In this document: piece by piece, positions 37,603 to 50,900 of the stretch
Numbering within the stretch: the stretch's first letter is position 1
Layout of the letters: the number at the start of each line of letters is the position of its first letter
Source of the DNA: an uncultured virus (IMG/VR IMGVR_UViG_3300025151_000021)
Lineage: Duplodnaviria; Heunggongvirae; Uroviricota; Caudoviricetes
IMG/VR virus record: IMGVR_UViG_3300025151_000021
Length of the DNA stretch: 64,000 nt
Direction: 5' to 3' (one strand)
The notes under the pieces: generated by a model
Told to the model about the DNA's origin: nothing
Databases searched by the model: none
Seen by the model: only the letters and a program-made list of their open reading frames with translations
Translations under genes and position numbers: made by a program

Positions 37603-40600
37603 ATGGCAAAGACAAATGGTGTGTTTACTTATCCTGTTTCTTCAGGAGTCAATGACGCTGACGTAGTTTCATCATATGCAAACACAGGAACTGAGTTTAG
37701 TAACTCTAGAGCATTCAAGGATGTCTCCGTCAATCCAGTATTGAAGACAACCCATGTTGCATCGGAGACTGTTACATCAAGTGTGACATCAGTTCCATCT
37801 GCTATATTCACTGAGATAAGAAAAGGACCACATGCTACTAGCATATCGAATGATGCTGCCGATAAGATAGGAAATAGAATACTTCCTACCACAACTAGCC
37901 TAACTGACTATGGAACTAACAAGGAGATAACTCCATCCTTCAAGATAAAGGTGTATGATTCCAATGTCAGTGCAGCAACAACAAACAGGAAGTTCGTGTA
38001 TTCGACAACAGACGACCCTGCCACAGATACTTTGGGAATAGATATAGAAAACTATGATTACTTCATTATACTGAATCCTGAGATATTTGACTCTTCTACA
38101 CAAACCAACACACAAAGACCTCACTTTGCTAAAGTTACTGCTATTACATCATTCGATAGTTTTGGCGATGGACTAGAGTTTGCCCCTAAGTATACGGGTC
38201 CGATACCAAAAGACACGAAGTTTGAGATATTCAAAGGGCCACACAAGACAGATGACACAGATGTAGTCGCTGTTAGTTATGGCCTAAGAGGTGATGCAGA
38301 TGGCTCTACTGAAAACTATGATGTGCTAAATATAGTTGCTACACCGACATTCTACTTCTATAATGACAGACTAGAGCAAGACGACCAATTAGACTACATG
38401 GAGAAATACACTCTAACTAGACTTCGTTGGTTCAATACGCTGACGAATATAGCAATAACAGAAGTTGATACTCATACTCAATACCAAGAAGGTAGTAGTT
38501 CTGTTCTATTTACCACAACGGGCAGTTCAGAGACTGATAAATTATGTGAGGGCATGTCCATATTCAACAGTAGTAATGTATATCTAGGCAACATAAAGGA
38601 GATTGATGGCAATGATTTCCAACTAGACTTTGCTCGTATTGCAATCACAGGAACTAGCACTAACTTCAACGTGCAAATAGGAAAGGGAATATCCAATAAC
38701 GTATTCAGAACAGAGGCAAAGGAAAAGGGACTGATAGAAAACAGAATAGGAAACAGATTGGATGCTGTTCTAATTGACTCATTAAGAGCAACAGACGATG
38801 CGGATACATCTAACTTCAATCCTGTTCTTTGGCACAAGGCATTCCCGAATGCCAAGAGACATGAGACTGACTCCACGACTGCTACAGCAGGACAGTTCGA
38901 TGGTAACTTCAATGGTCCTGCTAGGTATGTATCTAGTGACCCAAGACCGTTGAGAAACGATATAGTTCCCCTTAGCATGAATGTTTCAGTAAATAGTCCT
39001 AGAAACAAGATGAGTAAGATATGCAACCTATCTGCCATGAATAACTCCGGCTCACTACCATTCAAGGTTCGTGAGGGACAGAAACTAAAGGTTCTGAAGA
39101 CGCTGTTCAATGATAAGAAGACTTTCAAGACCTTGCCTTTCAAAGCAACTGGTAATTCTTCAGAATCAACAATAGCGTTCAACGACATGGATGTGGGTCA
39201 TGACTACAAACTATCAGGAAAGATATCCGCAGATACCATATTGAAGGTTGACGGATACTACTATGTTGTTAACAGTGTAAACAATAAAAGTGGTACTACT
39301 CAGTCATTAAGTGTAAAGGCTCGTAAGACATTGAGTGCTAACACATTCACAGTTGCAACAACTGTTCATGACTTTACAAATGAGGTAGTTCAGATAGCAC
39401 CTTGGACTGGTTTGTTAAACACGGAGAACGTCAAAGCAGATACACAGGTGCATTACTCAGATGGAAACAGGCTATCAATATCAGGAGCCACAATAAACAA
39501 GACAGATGCAAAGTTGTATGGTGCTAAGGTTCTGTTTAATTCCTCGTCAACACATCAGAATGACATAGACTACGCTGATAGAACTATGGATTACATATCT
39601 TTTCAAGATGCAAGTAGGAAGTTCTATCAAGATACGAACAGCAGAGGTAGGTTCTACTACTATACAGGAAACTACAATGTCTATGAGGAAGTATTCGACG
39701 GTGTAGTTGAGCAGACAGATTTAGTGACAGGAAATCAAGTACCAAGTATGCGAATAGAAGGTAGAGATAACTCCTCGTCTTTATTGAATAGCACAGTGGA
39801 CAAGAACCTGTTATTCTCTGAGGATATGGTTCACAGTAGTCTGAACCCAATTGTTCCTGCAACAAACACTGCAACGATGGTTGTCAACAGTGTGAGTGGC
39901 AAGGTTCTCAATCATGACTCGATAACCGATTGGAATACGACTGCGTTGGCAAAGACACTTCTGTTTACTAGAGATGGCTCTACAGAAGCGAATAACATGA
40001 TTTTCATAGGAGAGGTATCATCAGCAACGACAACTGCTACAACTCTAACACACAAGCCTCTAGCAAACATTTCAGGTAGCACGACAATCTTCTACTATGA
40101 CCCGTTCACAGAAGCAACATATCTCTCAGGAACCAAAGCGATTGGTAGTAATCCAAGCGTAACAGAGACTTCCACAGACTTCTCTGGTATAAGCGATAAG
40201 GGTATTATATTCCAAGACTCTTTCTCATTTGATAGAAGCGTCACAACAAGCAAGTTAGAGGGTACATCAAACTCAGGCTCGTTCTTGGAGAACAGGACAC
40301 TAGGATTCGATGTTGCTAATCCAATCAGTATCAATGCACTAGATAGCGGTGTATCGACACAGGACTCCACCTTTGCCTTTCAACTATCTAATGAGACAGG
40401 GGTATCCACGACTAAGATTAGCAAGATGACATTTGCTTCGGAAATGTTTGATGTGGTTGAGACAGTCTCAAAGGATGATGGTGGATTCAGAATGTCAATC
40501 GCTCCGATATGCCCAATAGTCATGGGAAGAATAGAAAGCAACACTAGTGATTCTAGAACAACAAACTCTCTATATCTAGTTAATAACAACATCAACTCAG

Positions 40601-43600
40601 GTGGTTTCATTCACAGAATAGATACACAGGATGGAAGCACAGGAAACTTGGACTACTCAGGCTATGACTCACTGTGGACACCAAGAGAAACCTACAGGTA
40701 TTGGGACTTGCAGAAGATATCATATGGTACACTGACCAAAAGCGATGCGGGTATATATCAGAGTAAGGACCACCCACAAGCAATCAGTGCTTATGCGATA
40801 GCATATCCGATAAAGGGAAATGGCAAGGCTCCATCTTCAAACACCACTTCACCTTCTAACGCTCCTGTGCATGGCAGTAACATAAACGATGCTAATTATG
40901 ACCTTAGAAATGTATCAGATAGTCCATTCCAAGATGCGGGTTCTGTGACAAGCGTTGTTCCACCTAATCATATATTAATAGCAAATGGAATAAGAAAACC
41001 GGAAATTAACAAACTACTGAACTTCGCACCCAAGGCACAGAAGTATGAGTTATTCGCAACTGGTGACTTGTTTCCTTATTCAAAGTTGAGATACAACAAC
41101 ATAGGCAGTCAGACATTGAACTTCGATGACCTCTCCTGTCTGTTAGAGAGCGAAGGCACATCATCCTCTACTAGCACTTCACACTCCTCCTACTCAGGAA
41201 AAACAGCAGTCAGCGAGAGGAGAGACACCAATTATGAGAGAGTGTCGATAAAGTCTGCTAGTACAACGACAAACAACATCAAGAGATTCGGCATCGCTAG
41301 ACTAGTGGAAGCAACGTTTGATTGGCACTTCAATCCAGTTGACTCAGATACACTACCATTGCCTAATGATGCTATGTTAGACATAACGAGATATCAGATG
41401 TACAGGGCTAGGGAAAGCAGTCCATCTACCTTAGCAGTCACTGTAGACGGCTCAGGAAACAGGGGGCTGACTTTCACTGGTGGCGGTACTATATCTCTTG
41501 CAGGAGGTGATGCTCTCTTCAAGGCTGATACTGGTGAGTTAGTCTTTGCAGTAACAGGAACAATAAGCAGTCTTAGCAGTGGCGGTACTTCTAGTGCATT
41601 AGTGAATCTTGGAGGGTTGGCAAATAACACAAGCACACCTGCATATCTAATTAGAGAATACAATGCATCCGGGTTTGAATTGCAGAAGTTCGAGGATGGT
41701 GGTTTACAGAATCTTAGTGGGAGTGATGATGCGAAAATAGACTTCACTAGCGTATACCTAGCAAGACCAAACCTATTCACAGAGAGTGGCAAATTCAAGT
41801 ATGTCAGATTGAGTGAGGGAGGAGATGCGTTCTCACCTCCAAGCGTTTTCCTACCATTCGTCTTCTCGGCAAATAACTCAGACAGCAGTAACAAGAATGT
41901 ATCTGACCAGTCTCCATATCACCCTGATAACACATGGCATACGCTATCCAATCGACCATACTTCCATAGTTCAAGGGTTCTCGCTGGTCTTCAACATAAT
42001 CGTGGGAATCAAGCAGATTTAGCAAACAAAGACAAGTATGGTTTGGAGCAAGACACGCACATATACGAGAACTGCATCGCTGTATTCAGAAACATCAGGA
42101 AGGTCTCAAATGATGGGCCACAAGTGCCATCCGATTTATTCCAAACAAGTGCCATACTAGGAAGCAATGATGAAATCTCTGATTATGAATCATACTTCTC
42201 AAGTTTTGCAGGAGGCTCAAACAACGCATCTACCGACTTAGACCAGCACACTGTTAACACTATGGTATTCCAACACTCAAGCAATACCTTTGCTATATCC
42301 GGAACCCATACAAGGTCAGGCGTTGCTAATTATAGTGGCGGTGAGTCATTTACAAACAAGGGAACTCAATACTTCTTGGCAGAGAATGAGAGCAATGCCC
42401 TAACCACAACAACGCATGACCTACATGATGACGATGACTTCACCTCTAGTAATAATGGTGGACTCTACAGAGCGCAGATGATGATTAAACCCGTATTAGA
42501 TACCAGTGATGCCTATGTTACAGTCAGTGGTAATACAATCACTATCAATGTAGAGAACAACTCTTCAAGACATGCTTGGGTATCTTTCGTCCCAAACCTA
42601 ACAGGGTACTACTTGGTATCTGAGAAGGAAGAGGAAAACCAGTTAACCACAAGTCTAGGGAACAATGACGTAACTGGAAGTCAGCAAGGTGAGATATTTG
42701 ATAGTTCATCAGGTGGAAACATAGGTCACATAATGAAGATAGTCAATCATACGCACAATCAAGCCACACTAAATGATGGTACTTTCCAACATGTCTTGAC
42801 ATTGGACAGGGACTATCCATCGGACTTGACGTTTACATTAGGTGGTGTAACACAACATAGAGGATTCAGACCTAGACATCGTTTGATGAAGTTGGCGGAA
42901 ACGACATTCAGAGACACGCCTAATGAGATAGTCTTCAACAGATTGCAATCGAATGGTCTGAACTATGGAGAGACATCCTCCAACTTCCTAACAGGAGCAG
43001 TGGATGGCAAGACTCCGAGTGACTCTTCCATACGACACATGAATGAAGGGGTGTACAGTGCTTATGTCGTCATGAACCTAGACGTAGCACCTGACTCTAC
43101 CAATCTTGGTTCAGACTTGAACATACATTCGGTGATACCAGCCCGTGATGACAAGTCCAAGGCAAACCTGCCTTTCTCGGATGGTGACTCCTTTGATTGC
43201 TTCATTACGGATGGTGTGAATAGGCAGAGAAAGAGAATGTCTGTCTCGATACTAGAGGCTAGTGCAACAGAGGGGAGAAGAAGAGCAGAGTACAAACTCA
43301 CATACGAAGGAACGTTGAATGGAAACGGAGTGGTGTCCTTTGGCGAAGTAATAGACTTAGAACTCTCAAGAAAACCTGATTTGGATGCAATATCAAAGTG
43401 TCACATAGGCACTAGCATACTAGTAGGGGATGAAGTGGAAGTAGAGATGGAGAGAATAGCGAAGGAGGCTGGTCTCACAACCGATATCATACAAACCCAA
43501 TCAGAGTTCACTGGTAACATAGTGAACTCAGTCGCTGATAACGTCATAACTTGCAAGAAGGCAATACAGAATGTAAGTGATGGTGATGTAATCTACACGC

Positions 43601-44535
43601 ATGAGGGATTCCCGGTTGGTGAAGTAGCATCGATATCAGGAAGCACCATAACAATCACAGACGTACATACAGACAATGACGTTGACTTGTGGTTCGTGCC
43701 TTCGCAGAATGACGAGTTAATCAAGAGGGATAAGAAGACATTCGTTGCAACAAACAACTTCACAAGAACTCCTGCTTTCAATGCGATGAACCTTTTAGCA
43801 TCGAAAAAGAATCTTGATTTTAACATCAAGGGTAAAAAAGCCACGTTTCGGAATGTAAATGACACATCTCTTTTGAGAAAACAGCGAATTTCATATGAAA
43901 ATAATAGAGTGATAAAAGTTGAGAGTAACTCTTCACTGTTTGGAAGGGCAGGTAAGGTGACTGTTGTTGGTGATAGAATACGAGCGAGTGTTGCGAAAGA
44001 TGACGATGGAGCAGAGGTGACATTCGTTGATTCAACAATCAGAAATATCTCTGATGCAAAGATAAAGGCAACAGAACTATTGGAGATACACAGTTCTGAC
44101 GCTAAGAAAATAACACTAACGCTTGAGAAGAAAGGACTAGAGATGTTGGAGGCAGGAGATATAGTTAGCCTTGACTTCCCACAATCAAACATACCTTCAG
44201 GCGATTATGTAATATTCGAGATAGAAGACGTTCTAGCAGGAACTATGACCATGACAGTCAATACATTCGATAAGACAATTGCTGAGAGATTGTCTGAATT
44301 AGGAACAGAGCAGAGGTCGTCAAGTTCGACTCTGTTCAATAGAAACTCCCAAACTGTCAGTAGTGGCAACCTACTTACCGATAAGATATCGGTAAAGACA
44401 GTTCTTGTAGCGTACACTGTTACAGGAACTGGACAAACATCAAACACTGGTTTTGATGACTTATTTGGTTTCACTGAGACACTTGGGTTTGAGACAGGAA
44501 CAATAGTGTTGAATGACTATAGTAGTGAGGATTGA
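37603..44535 (+). CDS. Very large tail-tip/hub protein (about 2300 aa)
   Basis: S/T/N-rich beta protein; C-terminal LEAGDIVSLDFP..YVIFEI motif typical of hub proteins. Confidence 0.7.
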   Translation: MAKTNGVFTYPVSSGVNDADVVSSYANTGTEFSNSRAFKDVSVNPVLKTTHVASETVTSSVTSVPSAIFTEIRKGPHATSISNDAADKIGNRILPTTTSLTDYGTNKEITPSFKIKVYDSNVSAATTNRKFVYSTTDDPATDTLGIDIENYDYFIILNPEIFDSSTQTNTQRPHFAKVTAITSFDSFGDGLEFAPKYTGPIPKDTKFEIFKGPHKTDDTDVVAVSYGLRGDADGSTENYDVLNIVATPTFYFYNDRLEQDDQLDYMEKYTLTRLRWFNTLTNIAITEVDTHTQYQEGSSSVLFTTTGSSETDKLCEGMSIFNSSNVYLGNIKEIDGNDFQLDFARIAITGTSTNFNVQIGKGISNNVFRTEAKEKGLIENRIGNRLDAVLIDSLRATDDADTSNFNPVLWHKAFPNAKRHETDSTTATAGQFDGNFNGPARYVSSDPRPLRNDIVPLSMNVSVNSPRNKMSKICNLSAMNNSGSLPFKVREGQKLKVLKTLFNDKKTFKTLPFKATGNSSESTIAFNDMDVGHDYKLSGKISADTILKVDGYYYVVNSVNNKSGTTQSLSVKARKTLSANTFTVATTVHDFTNEVVQIAPWTGLLNTENVKADTQVHYSDGNRLSISGATINKTDAKLYGAKVLFNSSSTHQNDIDYADRTMDYISFQDASRKFYQDTNSRGRFYYYTGNYNVYEEVFDGVVEQTDLVTGNQVPSMRIEGRDNSSSLLNSTVDKNLLFSEDMVHSSLNPIVPATNTATMVVNSVSGKVLNHDSITDWNTTALAKTLLFTRDGSTEANNMIFIGEVSSATTTATTLTHKPLANISGSTTIFYYDPFTEATYLSGTKAIGSNPSVTETSTDFSGISDKGIIFQDSFSFDRSVTTSKLEGTSNSGSFLENRTLGFDVANPISINALDSGVSTQDSTFAFQLSNETGVSTTKISKMTFASEMFDVVETVSKDDGGFRMSIAPICPIVMGRIESNTSDSRTTNSLYLVNNNINSGGFIHRIDTQDGSTGNLDYSGYDSLWTPRETYRYWDLQKISYGTLTKSDAGIYQSKDHPQAISAYAIAYPIKGNGKAPSSNTTSPSNAPVHGSNINDANYDLRNVSDSPFQDAGSVTSVVPPNHILIANGIRKPEINKLLNFAPKAQKYELFATGDLFPYSKLRYNNIGSQTLNFDDLSCLLESEGTSSSTSTSHSSYSGKTAVSERRDTNYERVSIKSASTTTNNIKRFGIARLVEATFDWHFNPVDSDTLPLPNDAMLDITRYQMYRARESSPSTLAVTVDGSGNRGLTFTGGGTISLAGGDALFKADTGELVFAVTGTISSLSSGGTSSALVNLGGLANNTSTPAYLIREYNASGFELQKFEDGGLQNLSGSDDAKIDFTSVYLARPNLFTESGKFKYVRLSEGGDAFSPPSVFLPFVFSANNSDSSNKNVSDQSPYHPDNTWHTLSNRPYFHSSRVLAGLQHNRGNQADLANKDKYGLEQDTHIYENCIAVFRNIRKVSNDGPQVPSDLFQTSAILGSNDEISDYESYFSSFAGGSNNASTDLDQHTVNTMVFQHSSNTFAISGTHTRSGVANYSGGESFTNKGTQYFLAENESNALTTTTHDLHDDDDFTSSNNGGLYRAQMMIKPVLDTSDAYVTVSGNTITINVENNSSRHAWVSFVPNLTGYYLVSEKEEENQLTTSLGNNDVTGSQQGEIFDSSSGGNIGHIMKIVNHTHNQATLNDGTFQHVLTLDRDYPSDLTFTLGGVTQHRGFRPRHRLMKLAETTFRDTPNEIVFNRLQSNGLNYGETSSNFLTGAVDGKTPSDSSIRHMNEGVYSAYVVMNLDVAPDSTNLGSDLNIHSVIPARDDKSKANLPFSDGDSFDCFITDGVNRQRKRMSVSILEASATEGRRRAEYKLTYEGTLNGNGVVSFGEVIDLELSRKPDLDAISKCHIGTSILVGDEVEVEMERIAKEAGLTTDIIQTQSEFTGNIVNSVADNVITCKKAIQNVSDGDVIYTHEGFPVGEVASISGSTITITDVHTDNDVDLWFVPSQNDELIKRDKKTFVATNNFTRTPAFNAMNLLASKKNLDFNIKGKKATFRNVNDTSLLRKQRISYENNRVIKVESNSSLFGRAGKVTVVGDRIRASVAKDDDGAEVTFVDSTIRNISDAKIKATELLEIHSSDAKKITLTLEKKGLEMLEAGDIVSLDFPQSNIPSGDYVIFEIEDVLAGTMTMTVNTFDKTIAERLSELGTEQRSSSSTLFNRNSQTVSSGNLLTDKISVKTVLVAYTVTGTGQTSNTGFDDLFGFTETLGFETGTIVLNDYSSED

Positions 44536-44537
44536 AG

Positions 44538-44912
44538 ATGACAGTAGTGAACATAGGGGCAGCAGGTATTGCTGAATTGATAAAGACGAATTACCAAGTG
44601 ATAGCGATAGGAGATGGTAGGGACACTACCTCTGCCAGTCAAACAGGAATGAATCACTTTATTGCTAAGAAAACTGGACAAACACCTACTAGAGTTGGTT
44701 CTACATTAGTGTACAATGTGGACTTCACAGGGAGTCAGATTCCTGCATCGGGTGTGTCGGAAATAGGTATCTTTGAAAATGGAAGTGATACTAACACAGC
44801 CAACCCTCCTGACGGAGATTTATTGAGCCGAGTTACCTTCACAAGCACAGGGACGGTAGCAGCCAACGATACAGTTTCGTTTACAATCAGAATAGAGGTG
44901 GATGGAGAATGA
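44538..44912 (+). CDS. Small tail/baseplate protein
   Basis: IAIGDG..VSEIGIF..LLSRVTF motif common in proteins next to fibre genes. Confidence 0.6.
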   Translation: MTVVNIGAAGIAELIKTNYQVIAIGDGRDTTSASQTGMNHFIAKKTGQTPTRVGSTLVYNVDFTGSQIPASGVSEIGIFENGSDTNTANPPDGDLLSRVTFTSTGTVAANDTVSFTIRIEVDGE

Positions 44913-47900
44913 CTACTACAACGAACCCCGGCCTAATCACAACAGTATCAACAAGCCTCTCCTCGCTAGACTCTGCTCAGTTGAAAGATGGTGTAGATAA
45001 CATACACTCAGGAATAATCAAGTCTCTGCAAATAGCAACAGGAGAAAACCGGGCATTAAGTGGGTTCGGTTTGACTCAAGTTGATGGAGGCTCAACCACT
45101 TCATTTCAAGTTGCAACTGGAACGATTCTTCGTGCGGGTAAACTAGTCAGTGTATCAGGAGCAACTCTAACTACCACTAATTCCACAATAGGTGCTGGTA
45201 GCGTTGACTGGTATGGAGTTATTGTCGTTAATTCTAGCAACGCCTTAGCATGGAGGTCAGGTTCAGTAACGGGCAAGGCCAACAATACTACCTCGACAGT
45301 TGCAGAACTTAGTGCTGGTGATATTCCAGTGATAATAGTGAAGATAGCAACGGGGGTAGATGACGATGTTACAAACAGACCTCATCAGTATGTAGGGTAC
45401 ACTCAAACAGATAGAGCATTCTCAGCAATAGCCACCAGTGCAGAAACTCTTAGGATAAAAACCAATGGAACTGTTTTGAAGGCAGGAAACACCGGTGAGA
45501 TATCTTTTCCTAGTGTTGGTAGCAGTGCTAGGACACTTGCAACTACGAATGACATCGCTAGTCTAGGAACTGGCAACTTGGCAGATGATGCAGTAACTGC
45601 TGCTAAATTAGCATCAAATGCCGTTGTCACGGCAAGCATTGTCGATGGGAATGTCACTACTGATAAGATTGCAGATGATGCTGTCACGTTTGCAAAGATG
45701 CAACACACAACAACGAACAACAGACTCTTGGGTGCAGCCACTGCTGGTGCGATTGGAGAGGTGCAGGTCGCTACTGATATGATAGCAGATGACGCAGTGA
45801 CTTCGGCTAAGATTGCAGATACCACCATAGTCACTGGTAACATAGCGAATGAGGCAGTGACTCTTGGTAAGATACAGAATATCGCTAATGACACTGTTCT
45901 AGGAAACGTTAGTGGCGGTAGTGCTAATGCCATCGAACTAAGTGCTACACAACTTCGCACATTGATTAATGTTGAAAACAATGCAGATGTCACTAACACT
46001 GCTAGAGTTAAGACAGCGTTGAATGCAGATATGGGTGGTAACTTTACAATAGGAAATCAATCAGATGACACTGCTACATTCTCTGGACATCTTACTGTGG
46101 GAGGCAATCTAACAGTATCTGGAACGACAACCACGGTCAACTCAAACACAGTGAACATCGGAGATAGCATAATCACTCTAAACTCTGATGCTACAGGTAG
46201 TGCAAGCGAAGATGCAGGTATAGAAGTTGAAAGGGGGGATGATGCAAACAAGACATTGATTTGGGATGAGAGTGCAGGAAGGTGGACTGTTGGCTCTGAG
46301 ACATTCGTTGCAGGGACTTTCATTGGAAATGTAACAGGAACTGTGTCTTCTGCTACTGCTCTAGCAAACGCTAGAAACTTTGCACTGTCAGGAGACGTAA
46401 CTGCCAGTGCAGTCTCTTTTGATGGAACAGGAAACGTCACACTATCCACAGCATTAGCAGGAAACACAGTGAATACAGCAGAACTAGTTGATAATGCAGT
46501 CTCTGAGGCTAAGATAGCAGGTAATGCAGTTACATCTGCTAAGATAGCAAGTAGTGCCGTATCCACCGTTAAGATAGCAGATGATGCTATTACAACCGCT
46601 AAGATTGCTGACGATGCAATTACTACTGCTCTCATAGCAGATGATGCAATCACCTCTGCATTAATTGCAGATGATGCAATTGTTTCTGCTGCCATTGCAG
46701 ATGGTGCTGTGACAAATGCACATCTCGCAGGTAGTATCGCACAGGCAAAGGTGACAAACCTAACCTCAGACCTAAGTGGAAAGGAACCAAGCCTAACAAT
46801 TAGTGAAGGATTGGATAGAACTGGTTCCACTCTAAAGGTTGACATTGATTCTCTATCAGTTGAGAATGCAATACACCTAACTAATGACTTCATAATGTAT
46901 GATGATGCCGATGCTGGTTTGAGAAAGATAAACCTATCAAACATATTTGGTAAATTACAGGCTTCCGACATACCTAGCCTAGCAGCCAGTGCTATAGGAA
47001 GTGGGACATTTGACACAGCAAGAATACCAAACCTAGCAGCCTCTAAGATAGACAGTGGTACGTTTGCAACAGCGAGAATAGCAGATGATGCGATAACATT
47101 CGCTAAGTTACAAAATGTGGGAACTAGTGTACTGCTAGGACGAACAACATCCGGTACTGGTGCGGTTGAAACACTATCTGCTTCACAGGCTAGGACTCTA
47201 TTGAATGTGGATACCGCAGGTACGGACAATTCGACAGATGTTACACTCGCTGGCTCTAGAGATTACCTAACATTGAGTGGACAGGCCATAACTGTCGGTG
47301 AGATAGATATCAGCGATGATACGAATCTAGTAGCAGGAACAAACATCTCGTTAAGTGGTGATACGCTGAATGTTGATACTGACTTGGCTAACTATAGCAA
47401 CACGAATTCCGGCTTCTTGACAGCACATCCTACAATAAGCAACGCAGCGTCTTCTGTTAATAATTCAGGAAGAACCTACATACAGGACATAACTCTAGAC
47501 TCAAACGGTCATATCATAGGAATACAGTCTGCTACTGAGACAGTGACTGACACTCAATACAGTGTAGGGGATGGAGGTCTTTCTCAGAACAACTTCACTG
47601 ATATTCTCAAAACTAAGTTAGATGGTATCGCAGCCAATGCCAACAACTTCACTCTACCAATAGCAGAATCAGATGTTCTTGGTGGGGTGAAGATAGGTAG
47701 TAATCTAACAATCAATGCAGGGACAGGGGTTCTATCTGCTGATACGCAGTCTGATGTCAACTTCACTTCAGCATTAAACAGCAAGTTGGCAGGTATAGCA
47801 ACAGGAGCAACTGCTGGTGCAGACTTTGCAAGTAACGTATCGAATATCTCAGTCACCAATGCTCAACTTGCAGGAAGCATAGCAAACAGCAAACTGGCTA

Positions 47901-50900
47901 ACTCATCTGTCACTGTCAACGGAAGTACAGTTGCTTTAGGTGGAAGCATTACGCTAACCACTGCGAATGTGGCAGAGGGGTCAAATCTCTACTACACTAA
48001 TGAAAGAGTGGATGATAGAGTCAATGACCTCATAACCGATGGTGAGGGTATCACAACGACATATGATGATTCTAGTGGTACGCTCACAATAGACGCAGAA
48101 GATGCTACCGCATCAAACAAGGGAGTTGCCTCTTTCGCTAGTGCTGATTTTGATGTATCCAGTGGAGCAGTGACAGTGAAGAGTGGAGGTATATCCAACG
48201 CACAATTAGCCGGGTCAATTGCTAACAGTAAGTTAGATGATATTGCACAGAGTAAAGTCACAGGTTTAGTGTCTGCTCTCGCTGGAAAGGTCGGTAGTCT
48301 GAGTGACTTAAGCATAACAGCGACTGCTACTGAAATCAACGCATTAGATGGCATACCTGCAACATTGACTGCAACTGAGATTGGGTTCCTAGATGGTGTC
48401 ACATCTGCTATACAGACACAGTTGGATGCTAAACAAGCATCAGGAAACTACCTAACTACCTCATCAACTATAACATCATTATCAGGAATAAGTGCATTTG
48501 ATACTGATTTAACCTCTGTTAGTGGCTTTCACGACTCTGTTCCGTCTGCGAAGGCTGTAAAGGCATATGTTGACTTAACCTCATTCGATGCCAATGACAC
48601 ACAATATGTGTTCAGCGTTGAAGACACTGATGTTTCAAATACGAAGAAGTTGAAACTAACAGGAACAGATGGTAGTGCTACCTCGGTAAACTTTGAGGGA
48701 ACTGGAAGTGTGACTGTTAGTAGAATCAATGAAAGAATAATCATCGACAGTTCTACACAACCAGTCAATGCAGTGTCATACAGTGGCAATACTTTGACTC
48801 TGACAAAAACTGACTCCTCTACGATAACAGCAACAATACCCGATGCAACAACATCTGCTCATGGTCTGATGACTGATGACCAGTTTGACAAACTAGCAGG
48901 AATTGAAACTGCTGCTACTGCTGACCAAACAGCAGCAGAAATCAGAACACTAGTCGAGTCTGCCTCTGACTCAAATGTGTTTACTGACGCTGACCACACT
49001 AAGTTGAATGCTATTGAGACAGGTGCAACAGCAGACCAAACTGCATCTGAGATACGAACATTGGTGGAATCTGCTTCAGACTCCAACGTATTCACAGACG
49101 CAGACCATACTAAACTAGATGGTATCGCTGCTAGTGCTAACAACTACTCAATCTCTTCTGACTTGTTGGATGAGGATGATATGGCATCTAACTCAGCAAC
49201 AAAGGTAGCCAGTCAGCAATCGATAAAAGCATATGTAGATGCAGAGGTAGCAGGAGTAATTTCCTCTGCTCCTGCTGCTCTAGACACATTAAATGAGTTG
49301 GCTGCTGCTTTAGGAGATGATGCTAACTTTGCAACTACTACCTCCACTTCATTAGGTAATAGACTCAGAGTAGATACTAACAGTCAAGGATTATCGGCAA
49401 CACAACAAAGCAACGCACTAACAAACTTAGGAATAACCGCAAGTCTAGCAGAGATAAATATCCTAGATGATGGGTTATCTGCAAGTGATATACCAAGTCT
49501 TGCTGCCTCTAAGATAACTAGTGGTACTTTGGGAACTGATAGAATACCAAGTCTTGCTACAAGTAAGATTACATCAGGAACATTTGCCAACGCAAGAATA
49601 TCAGAGGGAAGTGTGACTCAACATCAAGCAGCCCTGTCAATCACTGAGTCTCAAATAAGTGACCTTCAATCATACTTAACAGCACCTAGAAGTATCACAG
49701 CAGGTGGGAACACACTAGCAAACAACGAGACACTTGCATTTACTGCTGGTTCTAATATATCGATATCCGAAAGCGGTGGAGCCGTTACGATTGCATCCAC
49801 TGACACTAATACTCAACTTACAACGGAAGAAGTACAAGATATCGTTGGGGCGATGGTAAGTAGCAATACTGAGACAAACATATCAGTGACATACGATGAC
49901 ACAGGTGGCAAACTAAACTTTGCAAGCACTGATACCAACACTCAACTAACTCAAGAGCAAGTAGAGGACTTCGTTAATGGTTTGATTGTTGCTGGAACAA
50001 ATATAACTAAGACATACGATGACTCAGCAGGTACTCTAACAATCGCTTCTAGTGGAAAGACACAAGAGGAGATTGAAGACATTGTTGCTAACTTAGTAGT
50101 AGCAGGAAGCAATGTAACAAAGACATATGATGATGCAAGCGGTACTCTAACGATAGCATCTACTGACACTAACACTCAGTTGTCAACAGAACAAGTAGAG
50201 GATATTGTAGGAGCAATGGTGAGCAGTAATACAGAAACGAACATCACTGTGACTTATGATGATACTAATGGCAAATTGAACTTTAGTTCTACTGATACCA
50301 ATACCCAACTTACACAAGAAGAAGTCGAGGACTTTGTTGGAGGTATGCTTGATGGAACTGAGACTTTCATCAGCGTGTCATATGATGACACTGATGGCAA
50401 CATAGACTTCGTGGTTCCTGTTCTAGATGAAGATGATATGAACTCTAACTCTGCGGCACATCTTGCTACACAACAATCCATCAAGGCTTATGTAGATACT
50501 GAGGTAGCAAGTCTAGTAGATTCTGCTCCGGGTGCTTTGAATACGCTTAATGAGTTAGCAGCAGCGATAAATGATGATGCTACCTTCTCAACAACGGTCA
50601 CTACTGCATTAGGAAACAGGTTGAGAGTAGATACCTCCTCACAAGGTCTCAGTGGTACACAACAAGCAAATGCAAGAACCAACCTGAATGTGGATGTAGC
50701 AGGAACAGACAACTCAACTGATGTTACTCTAGCAACTGTGTCTAACAACTATCTCAGTATATCAGGACAAGCAATAACTGCTGGAACTGTACCTGTCTCA
50801 CTGGGAGGAACTGGGGCTACTTCGGCATCTGCTGCTAGAAGTGCGTTAGGAGTTGATGCTGCTGGAACAGATAACTCAACCGATGTCACATTGACTGGTA